From positions 14,229,037 through 14,293,036 of the forward strand of contig OZ316891.1 of NCBI GenBank assembly GCA_973895155.1: a DNA stretch of 64,000 nt, read 5' to 3'. Every line of letters starts with the position of its first letter. The stretch's first letter is position 1. The notes beneath the pieces were generated by a model. It was not told the DNA's origin and made no database searches. It saw only the letters and a program-made list of their open reading frames with translations. Shown in pieces: positions 52,350 to 64,000 of this stretch. Position numbers and translations under genes: made by a program. The stretch is from Marsupella aquatica. Its lineage: Eukaryota > Plantae > Marchantiophyta.

Positions 52350-53300
52350 ATTATTTATTGTAGTCGACGGCCTAGCAAAACGAAACGTAATCGAGGTCCA
52401 TTTTTCAGATCTTCCTGATCTCAACTTGTTAGTAGGATGACCTATTTTTTGGTTACACATGCAGTTCGTCACGCGCACAGTCGCGTGAACCAATTTATCT
52501 CGTGTCTTTTGATATTGTTTATTGTAGTCGACAGCCTAGCAAATTGGCCAGACATCTATTTTAAAACCAATGTCTTCGTTTCATCATGCGCACGGTTGCG
52601 TTAATGTTGTAGAGGTCAGCGAAAGTTCTGCACTCTTAGACGTAATCGCCCTTTATTTCAGAGATCTTCCTGATCTCAACTTGTTAGTAGGATGACCTGT
52701 TTTTTGGTTACACATGTAGTTCGTCACGCGCACAGTTGCATGAACCAATTTATCTCGTGTCTTTTGATAATGTTTATTGTAGTCGAAAGCCCAGAGAATT
52801 GGCCAGAAATCTATTTTGAAACCGAGTTCTGATTCACGCGACCGGTCACGTTAATATTTTAGAGGTCAGCGAAAGCTCTGCACTCTTAGACGTAATCGCC
52901 CTTTATTTCTCAGATCTTTCTGATCTCAACTTGTTAGTAGGATGACCTGTTTTTTGGGTTACACATGTAGTTCATCACGCGCACAGTCGCGTGAACCAAT
53001 TTATCTTGATATTGTTTATTGTAGTCGACTGCCCAACGAATTGGCCAGAAATATATTTTAAAACCGAGGTCTTCGTTTCATCACGCGCCCGGTCGCGTTA
53101 ATGTTTTAGAGGTCAGCAAAAGCTTTGCACTCTTAGACGTAATCGCCCTTTATTTCTCAGATCTGCCTGATCTCAACTTGTTAGTAGGATGACCTGTTTT
53201 TGGTTACACATGTAGTTCATCACGCGCACAGTCGCGTGAACCAATTTATCTCAGGTCTTTTTGATATTGTTTATTGTAGTCGACAGCCTAGCGAATTGTC
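52350..53300. repeat. About four ~250-bp tandem units carrying seven ACGCG-N6-CGCGT-type palindromes
   Basis: gatctcaacttgttagtaggatgacct at ~52417, 52672, 52922 and 53168; palindromes at 52471, 52586, 52726, 52836, 52977, 53083 and 53222. Confidence 0.9.
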
Positions 53301-53500
53301 AGTCAGAGGAATCTCGATTTTTCCTTGATTGCAAAAATGGTTACATCGATCCCAAAGGACTTCGGATATGGAATCCATATCCACTAGCACTATCCAGGAA
53401 TTTAAGCTACACAGTATCTATAACAAGTTCTAACTTGAACTACTCTTGAATCTGTAGTTCTAATCTTCGACTACTCAAAATATTGTTGACTTCGATCGAG

Positions 53501-54043
53501 TCAGTCATTCCAAGATGAAGGCATCCACTCATCGGTGTCTGGTGTGGATTCCCTTGAATCCATAAATTCTTCCTTTGCCCAAGTCCTAACGTCCATAGAT
53601 TTTCTCGGCTTGCTCTTTCTATAATACAAATTAGAATCTTTGTTCATCTCTAATTGCCTTTTCTTCGGTGCGTCCACTTTCTTGGCCTCCTTCTTGACTG
53701 TCTTAGCGTCTGCTGCTGCTTCCCCCGAAATGGATTCGACGCATGCTCTGACCTTCAACTTCTCCCCCCTCGAAACGGATTCCACGAGGGCTTTGCCCTT
53801 TAACTTCTCCCCTGATGCCATCTTTGTAGTCATCTCTGTCGGATTGGTCTCCATCTGATCTTCCATCGACAAATGTGGCAAACAATGTCGTCTCTTACAA
53901 AACATTTGACCCGATTTAGTCACCATAAACATTATATTACATCGCTGACACATTCTGTAAGGAGTACCATGAATTCGATACGTCCAACCTTCTGAATCAT
54001 CCGTCGAAACATCCTCATTCTTTGAGCTCAGCGGAGTAGTCAT
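53501..54043 (-). CDS. Hypothetical 180-aa protein with a small Cys/His cluster
   Basis: Open ATG-started frame; YRMCQRCNIMFMVTKSGQMFCKRRHC; internal repeat SGEKLKGKALVESVS/RGEKLKVRACVESIS. Confidence 0.45.
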   Translation of the reverse strand: MTTPLSSKNEDVSTDDSEGWTYRIHGTPYRMCQRCNIMFMVTKSGQMFCKRRHCLPHLSMEDQMETNPTEMTTKMASGEKLKGKALVESVSRGEKLKVRACVESISGEAAADAKTVKKEAKKVDAPKKRQLEMNKDSNLYYRKSKPRKSMDVRTWAKEEFMDSRESTPDTDEWMPSSWND

Positions 54044-54699
54044 CGCCCTTCAAACAAGAGATGCTGACCGAGACTAAGAATTGGAAATGAGAGAGCTGAT
54101 GTGCGAATAGATTATCCAGTAGCCAGAAAGTGGAATGCGTGGGGGAATGAGCAATAGAGATCATCTCAATGCTTTATACTGTTTAGTCTCCACTAGTCAT
54201 TGTACATAGTGGTTTCTAGAAGAGGGTGCGCGTTTGACTGGCGCGTATTAGAATTGGCGGGAAGTTCAGTTGTCCTCTAATTATGACTTTAATTTCACGT
54301 TTGGCGACCGCCCCGGGAATACTGATTGCTAGTGAAGTACTGAGATTTCTTATGAAGGTCAATAGTTACTGACTGTCCGGTGTCCACTCATTGGTAAACT
54401 GGTACTGTCCACTCATTTTTCCTGAGTGGAGTTGAAATGATTTTTCGTAATCGATTGTAGTCATTCTCATTCACTTGAAATGACTGACGGACCATGCATT
54501 ATCTTTACCAGTATGTGTGATGCCTTTAGATCCGTAATTGTATCTTCCTGTCTCGCGCGCAATCGTATCTTACTTATGAAGTACCAATTACGAGCTAGAG
54601 TTTGGGCCTAGCCTTCTAGCTTCTACGTCGTAGACCCTGTACCCTCTGACTAAGGTCACGCGACATGCCTTTAGATCCGTACACTAGTACATTTTCGGG

Positions 54700-55200
54700 C
54701 CTTTATTCGATAGGATTTACATCGGATCCCTTCAGGAAAATTAACGCAAAAATTTCTATCATCCGATGCAATTCCCAACGCACTTTGCGATGCGCAAACC
54801 ATCGCATATTGACCATCGGACTTCCATCGGACTTTCCGATATTTTTTACGACGGACGTTCCGTTGTAACGTGTTACGGATATTTTATGTCCGTTGTAAAA
54901 TGAATCGGATAACTAACACGCGATGGCACACGACGATTTCCTATGTCCGATACTATTTAAATCGGTATGTCCGATATATTTGACATGGCAATTTGTGAAG
55001 GAATTTGTATCGGACATTGCGTTATTTATAATAACGGAAAGTGCGTTACTTTTTGTATCGGACTATCCGATATATTTAAGATGGGAACCTTGAAGGAGGG
55101 GTCCGATGCGTTGGGGATGGGAAAGTTCGAAGGCAGCAGCATCGGACACTGCTATATTACCGATACGGATGGTAACGGACTTGCAACGGATTATCAAATG
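54700..55200. repeat. CACTA-2 left subterminal repeats (TCCGAT/ATCGGA)
   Basis: More than ten tccgat/atcgga motifs in both orientations. Confidence 0.8.
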
Positions 55201-55531
55201 TTCTGGGGGTGGAATACAGGGTTTCATGGGTGGTTTTTTGGGGGTTTGGGTATTGGTTTAGGGTTGAAGGTGACATACACCAATTAGGAACCAAAGATAA
55301 TGCTATAAACACGAGGTCAAAATATCATATTCAAAAAGGGGATCACCCCAATATGTACAAAATGGATTAGGCCTACTGGGTAGACCCATCCTGGTCGTGA
55401 TGGCATGATAGAAGATGTAAAGAGAGCTTTGACTAGAGACTACACTGAGCTATATACAAGGTACCTCCGAGTGAGTGTCTAATCAAAGCTGTCTAGCACT
55501 AGATACCCGACCACCTAAATGCAACTAACCT

Positions 55532-57900
55532 CTAAAAAGGTGTGTTGCGTCCCTTCTTCTTCTTTGGGCAAGAACGAAGGGTGGGTACAGGTCTAGCATC
55601 ATGAGAGCCCTCCTCCCTCTGGCTGCCCACAACCGTGGCAGCCACCTGCTCACCAGATGGCATGGGTTGGCCTGATGCAGGCCTAGACCCTGACCCACTA
55701 GATGCACCGCTAGGGTGGTCAGGCAAGGTAGATGTCCCACCAACCCCCGACACGGCAGAGTGAAAGGACGCCTCAGCTCCTCCCGCAGACCTGCTAGAGT
55801 GATGGGATGGTGCGCCGACAGATCCTGTGGGTGGCCCATGTCGTGCTGTACTCCCACCAGACTCACGAGATGGTGCGCGCCCTCTAGATCCACCATCCGG
55901 CACGTCGCCACTACCTCGTCGGGAAGGGCCACCTGCACCAGATACTCCTACGCGATCGCCTCGTCCCATGCCATCACCTCTACTACCCCCTGAGTGCCTG
56001 GGCCCCGCACCCCGTGATGCTCCACAGCGATGGGAGCCCACACCATCAGCAGCATGTGACCCGCCCCTCCCTGCTGATGGGGCAACGGCACCAGATGGGG
56101 CAACAACACCTCGGACCTAAGGAGTAGGGGTGACTGTGGGCACCCTCCCCAACCCTGCCTCAGCATCCTGCTCAGAATCTGAGTCCAGCTCCTCCGACCC
56201 AGACCCCTCCTCATCCTGCGCAATAGGGTTTAATTGCAGTTAGAATGAATGGTCCCGACCATAACTCTAACAAATTCATGACAACCTTAAACATTATATC
56301 ACCCTAGGGTGAACACTTACCTCTCCCAACTCATCCTCAAGGTGGCGCTTTAGAGCGCGGGGTCCATCCGTCTTTGCCAAATTCCTCTCCAACGGCGCAA
56401 TAGGGCGACCATACTCCCGCTCCTGAAATTTAAAGATCCAAACCATAGAGGCCAGGTTAATATCAAATCTAGTATTAGCGTGCCCTACCCTAAACCAAGC
56501 CACCCTACATAGCCCTAATGTAACCTTAAACCATAGTTCACCCTAACTTATACTCTACCCTAGTAAAAAATTAACGTTAAGTACGTTCATTCAAAAATTT
56601 AAATGTTTTGCCGAGGGGTCCGATTCAGAGTCTGATACAGCCTGCATCGGACGTCTATCGGATGCGTAACAAGAAAAATGGCATGACACGGTGTCCGATG
56701 CTGCTTCCGATGCAAAACCTATCGGATGAGTATCGGAAAGAACAGGCCCGAGAGCAAAAATGAGTTTTGCAAAGGGTTTAAACAAAAGACATAAGGCACA
56801 AACAACTCATTCTTCGTGCGAGGAGTCAGGTGATCAGGGAGTCGAGGTGGGGAGGAGAGGGAGGGCACTTACAAACTCAGCCTTCAATCGATTGGAGCCG
56901 CCTTGCCCCATCCGGTGAGTGATGGTTGGCCTCCCCTGCACTCTCTCCAATGCTACTATGATGTGCCTTGGTGGTTTGGGGAGTCTTGCTGCCTGAGCTG
57001 CCCATTGTTGCAGGTTCTGTTGAAGGGGGAGGATATCAACATTCTCCCCAGCCTTTCGCTTCTCCTCTGCCAGCCTAATTTCGTTGTCCCAATGTCTTCT
57101 TTTCAGCCAGGCACGGACTGAGAGTTCCTCCTCAAGCCAAGCCGCCCACTCATCCGGGGAAACATCGTCTGGACAACCCTCCTCCCTGATCACCTCTGCA
57201 TCCACTGCCATATCTCCAAGGTACTTTCTGAATTTCTCTCGCTGATGATTGCGCATGTCTGAGAGTGATGCTGAAATTCGTTTGTTTAGGAACCTGTCAT
57301 CAATGTAGGCCCCGTTCCTGAACCGTTCCTTCACCTGCTCTCTGATTCTCAATCTCTCTTCCTCCTTCTTCTTGCCCCAGTAATCCAGTGGCCCCAAATT
57401 GGCCCTCAGCACCTGCTTGAATTGGCTTCAGAATAGATGGTAGCTCTTAGGCAATGGACCACCACCCGAATTGAGAGCTAGCTCAGGCCTGAGAGCTCTC
57501 TCTGCCTCCTTTCGCCTCTGCTCCTCCAATCGCACCTTCTCAATTGCCCTAGCTTCTTTTTGAAGCTTTTTCTCTCGTTTTCTTGGAGACAGTGTCTCCT
57601 CTGCATCCCCCTTGCCTCTCTTTGCCTCTTTCTTCCTCTTCTTTGCCTCCTTCTCACTTGCAATGCTTGCAGCAGCAGTCTTCTCTGCCTCACGCCGAGA
57701 GGCATCAATCAGCGTTTGGAGGAGTGGGACTACTCTCTCTGCGTCCTCCACACTCAGCCCTGCCTTGGCCACAAAAATGTCCCTCATAACTTCATTGTAT
57801 GGCTGGGACGGTCCCCCTTGCTCTCCACCACCACCTGATCCCCCTTCGTCTCCCCCACCACCTGATCCCCCGCCCCCCTCCATCTCTCCTCCTCCTTCAA
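55532..57900 (-). CDS. CACTA-2 TnpA/Transposase_24-like gene, multi-exon, divergent from the transposase
   Basis: CPDDVSPDEWAAW..RPTITHRMGQGGSNRLKAEF followed by a GT donor near 56871; small exon ending LEDELGE with a donor near 56320; G/S-rich last exon. Exon structure approximate. Confidence 0.55.
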
Positions 57901-58539
57901 GCTCTCCTTGATCTAGCTTCAAAAAATTTGAAAAACACCAAGTGCAAAACGGGGCCCGACGCGCGGGTCTTCGCACCTGCATCGGTTCTTTTTTCCGAAA
58001 CAAAACCTGCTGCTTCCGATTCTTTCTATTTCAGACTTTGCGAAACCAAAGGTATCGGACACGCAATCGGACTTTCCGAAACTATCTGCTTCGGACCCCT
58101 CGTCCTTTTCTTGTGGCCGTGTATTTACCAAGTGTGGCCCGTTTCCTATTGCATCGGACCCCTCATGAATTTATATCGGATACCTCTTGGCTTTCCCAAA
58201 GGGGGTCCAATATAATGTTTTGAATTTGGGTTGGGTATAATGGGATTGGAGGGTTTAGAGTATAATTTAGGATATTTAGGTTTTGTATGGGGTAAGTGCA
58301 CATGGTTGGAGTTATTATTTGCTTTCATATTTGAATCCGCGTTTTGTAGGGCTCTACATATGTGAACGGGACAGTGAACGTGTCATGCATGTAGAGGGAC
58401 CTCTTGCAAGTTTCTTTGTTGCGGAGAACAAATTTTGGGGTTTGTACCGGACTATGTAATTTTTTTGATAAGCTATGGTCTTGCATGCTTAATATATTGG
58501 GCTCTAATTAATGATGCAATTGTGTATAGAGTCTTGGTG

Positions 58540-59250
58540 TTTTAGGGGTGGTTGTGGTGATGGGAACTCAATACTATGATATGTAATATAGGATCAAGAA
58601 AATACTACAAGAAGTTTTTGTATGAACCATTTTCGGGTGAAAGCCTTTTGTTTCATTTCTTTATAGGGGATTATGGGTGTACGTAGAGGTTTTATTAGTA
58701 TAACATTATACCTTTTGTTAGGATAATATTAAACCCCTTCATTAGGCTAATCTTTGTGTTTGGATTTGATGTGTAGTACATTGCTTTTGGAGGGGTGGTT
58801 AACTTTTTTTGAGGGGGTAGGGAGGTTTCGATTTTGGACAATGCACTATGCATGAAACCGTGCATCCAGGAGGTATGATGTCCTCTTGCAAGTTCCTTGC
58901 AAGTTTAGGGATGGTTGTGGTGATGGGAACTCAATACTATGATATATGATAGACAAAATACTACAAGAAGTTTTTGTACGAACCATTTCTTGGTGAAAGC
59001 TATTTGGATCATTTCTTTGGAGGGGTTTATGGGCTTAGGGTTATGGGGTTTTACTAGGATAAGGTTACACCTTTTCTTAGGATAAGGTTCAACCTCCATA
59101 TATTAGCTAGGCTAATGGTTGTGTTGGATTTGATGCACAGTACCTTGCGTTTGGAGGGGTGGTTCAATGTTTGTGAGGGGGTAGATAGGTTTTGTTTTGG
59201 ACAATGCACTATGCATAGTGTGAGACCGCGCATCTAGGAGGTATGATGTC
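58540..59250. repeat. ~360-bp tandem duplication in the CACTA-2 intergenic region
   Basis: ggttgtggtgatgggaactcaatactatgatat at ~58550 and ~58913; ggacaatgcactatgcat and gaggtatgatgtcc also occur twice. Confidence 0.75.
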
Positions 59251-59570
59251 CCCGCTTCACGAGCCGCATCATTTACACTTAATTTGTATGTTGGAATTTT
59301 TTTATATGTGGTGTGTTCTTCCTACACTCTTTCGCACTTACAGATTATGTATGCTCATTAGCAAAATGCTCACCCATATATGCAGAGATTTTGGATGTCC
59401 CACACCTTGTGTGTAGAAAATACGACACAGTAGGCTGGCAAAGCGCGGGTATCATTGAGGTACAACAGGACTTTTGTATCTCATGCATTAATTAATTCTA
59501 TTTTGATACTCCAACACTTGTCTTCTTTTATGCAGCTTACATGAATTCAGAGTGTACTTCATGCATGCAG

Positions 59571-59800
59571 ATGTCTACTTCTGATAGTTCCACGTCAGAT
59601 TCAGACTCAGACACAAGCTCGTCTGAGGGGGAGGTTCCTCCACCCCCTCCTCCAGATCGTCCTCATGCTCCACTAGGACCCATACCTTGCTGGTGTGTGA
59701 GATGTAAGGGAATTGTGGTTCGACATGCGTGGGAGACTTGTGAGCACATCGAGAACTATGGCCGCCACGAGGGTGATATGCCAGGGTATTTGCCTAGCCA
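59571..59800 (+). CDS. Probable first exon of the CACTA-2 transposase locus (transposase-associated Zn domain)
   Basis: IPCWCVRCKG..TCEHIENYG parallels CPCVNCKG..LHLIKHG of CACTA-1; GT donor near 59802. Confidence 0.6.
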
Positions 59801-60314
59801 GGTATATATATGTTTATGTCCCCTATTCATTCCATATATGCATTCCAATTTAGGGTATTGCTTAATTATCTTGCATTTACATCCTGGCACTACTTAATTT
59901 ATTGATTTGTGTAAAACCATTGTACGTGTGTTGAAATAGGTGCCTCGTAGGCCCCCACCTCCTTTGGTTCCTGAAGCTGTGTGGTTGGAAGGGTTTCTAG
60001 CAAGGGCCAGGGAGTTGCTTGCAGTTCCTCCTGCCCAGATGCCTCTTAGCCCACCTGCTCCTATCCCCACTCCCGTGCCCACACATGAGCATGTAGAGGG
60101 GGAACCGGTCTCTCGGCCCGAGGTTGTGACTACTAGAGTCCTACGTACACGACCACGATCTGGTAGACGTAGACGGCAGTATGGACCACTGGACCAGGTA
60201 GACAGACGAGAGGAGGTGTTAGGTACTAGTGATTGACCAGCCGGTAACGTAGATTATATTTGCGTTGAGGGCAGGTTTCGACTATCCTATCTCACTGGTA
60301 GGGCTGCCGAAGTT

Positions 60315-60896
60315 TTGAAGGACTTTTCTCCAAGTCTCTTCAAATTTCCAGATTTTATTCCTACAGATGAACCAGTTCAGATATGGGGTCGCCCTTGGAT
60401 AGTGAAGGCATCCTCTATTGGTCATGATATAGGATATGGTCTTTTTGCTTTGGAGGATATTGTGGTCCCTCCAAAGCCATGGAGACGTGGTTACGATGGA
60501 GAGCACCTCTTTCCTTACATTGGGGCTGTATATAACTCCAAGAGTTGGAATATTTTGTTGCGTCAACACCCAAGTTGGGGGGTGTATGCATTGAGGATGG
60601 ACTCAGACCCGGATGAGGTCTTCACTAGGCCGTGGCATTGCCGGATGATTGATGGTGACCCTATTCGGAACGGTAATTTAGCAGGGTACATCAATAGTAC
60701 CACAGGTAGAGATAGAGGTTTGGAGGCTAATGTAGAGTGGATTCAAATGTTTGGTCCACCTAGACATCCATATTTTGTGAAACATATGGACGACCATATC
60801 ATGACAGTAGCTGTTAGGACCATTAGAGCTGGTGAGGAGTTATTGTGTGAGTATGAGTGGGATGCACCAAAATTGTCCTTGCGTTGTCGTCCATGA
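60315..60896 (+). CDS. SET-domain (lysine methyltransferase-like) ORF or exon inside CACTA-2
   Basis: VKASSI..GYGLFALEDI; PYIG; NLAGYINST (RFINHS-like); ANVE; AVRTIRAGEELLCEY. Confidence 0.85.
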   Translation: MKDFSPSLFKFPDFIPTDEPVQIWGRPWIVKASSIGHDIGYGLFALEDIVVPPKPWRRGYDGEHLFPYIGAVYNSKSWNILLRQHPSWGVYALRMDSDPDEVFTRPWHCRMIDGDPIRNGNLAGYINSTTGRDRGLEANVEWIQMFGPPRHPYFVKHMDDHIMTVAVRTIRAGEELLCEYEWDAPKLSLRCRP

Positions 60897-61061
60897 TAGT
60901 TTCTTGGACTTACATACATGTATATATATATGTCAATTTATTTTACATGTTTACATGAGAATGATGTTGTTCAGCAGTGCATGTGTTGATGAGATTAATT
61001 AATTGATGTTGTATGATAGAATCAATATGTAACGCCTGATATTGGGGTAATATCACAAGCT

Positions 61062-64000
61062 ATGCGACAACACCTTGTTGAGGCCATGGTGGCCAACTGT
61101 GGGCATGAACCACAAAGGCAAGAGGATGGGGTACGACATGATGGTGATGATCCTATCCAAGACCATCTTGATGAGGAGAGGGCCATGGATGAGCTCATGG
61201 ACCAATTCTATGATGATCACGATGACATTGGTTTGGAGGACATTGGTTCAACCCATGAAAGGACTAGTCATCCACATCCTTCTAGGGGGTCCCAAGACAA
61301 GCAATGGGAGGAGGCGCAACGTCATGCCCGTACTCGCATATTCGAGGGGAGTAGGTTATCTCGGCTCTCATCAATAATGTTGTTGCTCAACTTGCAGCAA
61401 AGACATGGGGCAAGCAATCTACTTTTGGATGATGTTTTCCGTACCTTGCATGATCGTATTTTGCCAGTAGGCAATGCATTGCCAGCCTCTTGGAAAGAGG
61501 CTAAACAGGTGTTGAGGTCCATTGGCCTGAAGTATGAGGTGATACATGCATGTATGGATGATTGCATTCTTTTTAGGGGTGAGCATGAAAATGCCACTAC
61601 ATGTCCTAAATGTCAGAAGCCACGGTACCGTGATGACATGTTGACGGGGAAGGTACCGCAAAAGGTTATGAGGTACTTTCCTCTTATCCCTCGATTGCGA
61701 CATCAATTCCGATGTGCAGAGTTGGCTGGATGATGGTATGGCACTCACAAAATCGTTTTGATATGGCTGTACCCTCTAGTGCCATGCGGATGATGGTTGA
61801 CTCTTCTGCCAATCGATTTGTAGAGGATAGATGGGGAGAGTTCAAAATTGACCCACGACATGTTCGACTAGGCTTGGCAGCAGACGGTATCAGCCCTTTT
61901 GCTTTGACAGGAAAAGCCAAAGCATATTCGGTGTGGCCAGTAGTGTTGACAAACTACAACATCCCTCCTTGGATGGCCATGAAGAAAGGTCACCTACTAC
62001 TCTCCATGATTATTCTGGGTCCTAAGCAAGTTAAAAAGATTGATGTGTACTTGCAGCCATTGATTGATGAGTTGATACAACTGTGGAGAGGAGTGGATTG
62101 TTATGATGGACGTCACAACACAGGAGGTTTATCCCGCGTATTTACTCTAAAGGCCATCCTTATGTGGACCATGCATGATTTACCAGGTATGGTAAACCCT
62201 TATTTCCTCTAGTACCTAAACCTTGTATTTAATTGCAATTATGCAGATTTTTGCCTTGATGAACCTTATTTTATGAATGTGTTTTCTATGCACTGGGCAG
62301 GGTTTGGATATGTTTCTGGATTGCAAACATCAGGCTATCGAGCTTGCTCTACATGTGGACCCGATTTGGAGGGGGTGGCCAGGCCCAAGTCAAGTACTCT
62401 GCAAAAAATTGTTTACATTGGTCATACTAAATATCTTCCACCAGACCATCCTTGGAGGAGTGATCCATTCCTTTATGATACTGATGAGGGCCAACCTGAT
62501 ATTCGTCCTCAACCTCAGCGGAAGGATCCAGCATATTGGAGAGAGGTATGGGGGAGAGTTCAGGATCCGAGTGATCCATTACCATTATTCAGATGTGGCA
62601 TGACCCGTTTGTCTGCATTGTCACAATTGCCATATTGGTCAGATATGCCCATTAATCACTTGTTAGACCCTATGCACATTGAGGGGAATGTGGGGAAATC
62701 ATTGATTCGCCATCTATATGGGGAGAAAAATAACAATTGGAGAGAAAGTTGTGAGGAGATGGGGATGCATGGTCTTTTGGGTTTTTGGCCATCTTTGGAC
62801 CCCCCTGGTGCTCCCCCTAGCATCCATCCTCCTTGGGTTTTGACAAGGGCAGAGCGCATTGAGTTTCGCAGACGTATTGGGTTGATGAGGTTTCCCACAG
62901 GTTATGGTACCAATCTTCGGAAGGCATTTGGGGGGGAGGATTCTCCAAAATGGCCATCTTTCTTGAAGACACATGATTATCATCGGTTGCTTGAACATGT
63001 TCTTCCAGTTGCTATTATTGGATTGGGTAGTGAGGAACTTCGTGATGCCCTTTGGTCATTGGGTAAGCTCTTAAGATGGGTATGTCAAAAGGAGGTACAG
63101 GAGTCCGATGACATTGCTGCTATGGAGATATTTGGAGTAGAGGTTGTCTGCAAGTTGGAGAAGGCACTCCCTCCCTCATTCTTTGATGGTCAGGTTCATT
63201 TCCTCATACATTTAGTGCGCGAGGTTGCAATTGCAGGCCCAGTACATTGTCGATGGATGTATTGGGTAGAGCGTTATATGGGGGTGATGAAGTCATATGT
63301 CTTTAATCGCGCTAGGGTGGAAGGTAGCATTGCGGAGCGTCATCTTGGAGCAGAGAGTATGTTTTACTGTACAAACATAGTTGCCACACTAGATCCTAGT
63401 GCTCCTAGGGGATGGATAGATGAGGCAGCACGAGAGGCTGACTACGAGGATGATAGACTCACTGGGGCATCTGGAGAGCGTCTCATAGGCTCAGCAGAGC
63501 GTTTACAGCTCACAACATTTATGTTGTATAACTCACCCGAGGTTGTCGGGGAGTGGACAACATTTTATGAGGAGGAGAAGCAAAACAGTCGACGCCCACG
63601 ATTATTTCCCAAGTTTCACCCATACATGAAGGAGAAGTTGTTAGAAGTGGATGCCCTGGTGGGTACCGGGGAGAGTGTATTACACTACCCAAACGTGACA
63701 GATAAACTTCGTACCTTGGTTCATGGTCCACTACTTATAGTCACGACTCGGACTGCCATGTGGTCAAAGGGGAGACATTTTCGTGTGGAACGACTTGATG
63801 AGAAGAGGGCGGCTACACAGGATTGTGGGGTAATGGGTTGGTTCACCCAAGATTCCCAGAGTAGCATGTCAAACATGAATCCCATTCGCTCCACCGTGGC
63901 CCATTATGGGAAGATTGAGGAGATCCTAACAGTGAAGTACCATGCACATACTACTTTGGAGGAAGTGGTATTCAAGTGCAAATGGTTCAAGATGAATCTT
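61062..64000 (+). pseudogene. CACTA-2 TnpD-type transposase, frameshift near 61730, runs off the window
   Basis: IHACMDDCILF..CPKCQKPRY; RYFPLIPRL; RLGLAADGISPF; SVWPV..YNIPPW; HDLPG; intron ~62188-62300; then DPMHIEGN, KTHDYH, LPPSFFD..HL, RWMYWVER, apparently open to 64000. Confidence 0.92.

Larger units (their letters stand above)
37976..54681 (-). mobile_element. Element E2: putative giant cargo-rich DNA transposon; right part cut off by CACTA-2; transposase not in window
   Basis: Begins where the E1 transposase frame breaks; recognisable genes are all on minus; the ACGCGACCGGTCGCGT palindrome spans 39726-53237; Ulp1 is known cargo of MULE, CACTA and Zisupton elements. Confidence 0.55.
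54682..64000 (+). mobile_element. CACTA (En/Spm) transposon CACTA-2, left end to window edge
   Basis: CACTAGTACATTTTCGG at 54682, followed by dense TCCGAT/ATCGGA subterminal repeats; TnpD-type transposase downstream. Predicted TSD is GTA. Confidence 0.88.

Overview
Eukaryotic, intron-containing, repeat-rich DNA, probably from a non-seed land plant such as a bryophyte, lycophyte or fern (inference from the transposon families present). No intact host gene, RNA gene or CRISPR array is supportable. The window is a nest of transposons. (1) A decayed PHD-finger Ty3/Gypsy pol (~9.4-11.8 kb, minus). (2) Element E1 (~11.8-38.0 kb), with a minus-strand ParB/Srx-like plus beta-class DNA amino-methyltransferase-like gene, a divergent truncated MULE-like transposase N-terminus, and 14 non-coding copies of the palindrome TAGCGCCNGGCGCTA. 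(3) A CACTA element with both ends (12923-31735, TGT target duplication), inserted exactly in E1's methyltransferase motif I and carrying an EDM2-like PHD cassette with a histone-H3-like N-terminus. (4) Element E2 (~38.0-54.7 kb), with an apparently single spliced gene joining ParB-like, methyltransferase-like, acidic/coiled-coil, Ulp1 protease and three FCP1/SCP-like HAD phosphatase domains, three F-box-like ORFs, and about 20 copies of a different palindrome, ACGCGACCGGTCGCGT. (5) A second CACTA (54682 to the window end) with a SET domain. The best candidate for an undescribed system is the pairing, seen twice, of a transposon-borne ParB-like/methyltransferase-like protein with an element-specific palindrome found only in introns and spacers. 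All domain calls come from motif reading by eye, with no database searches.
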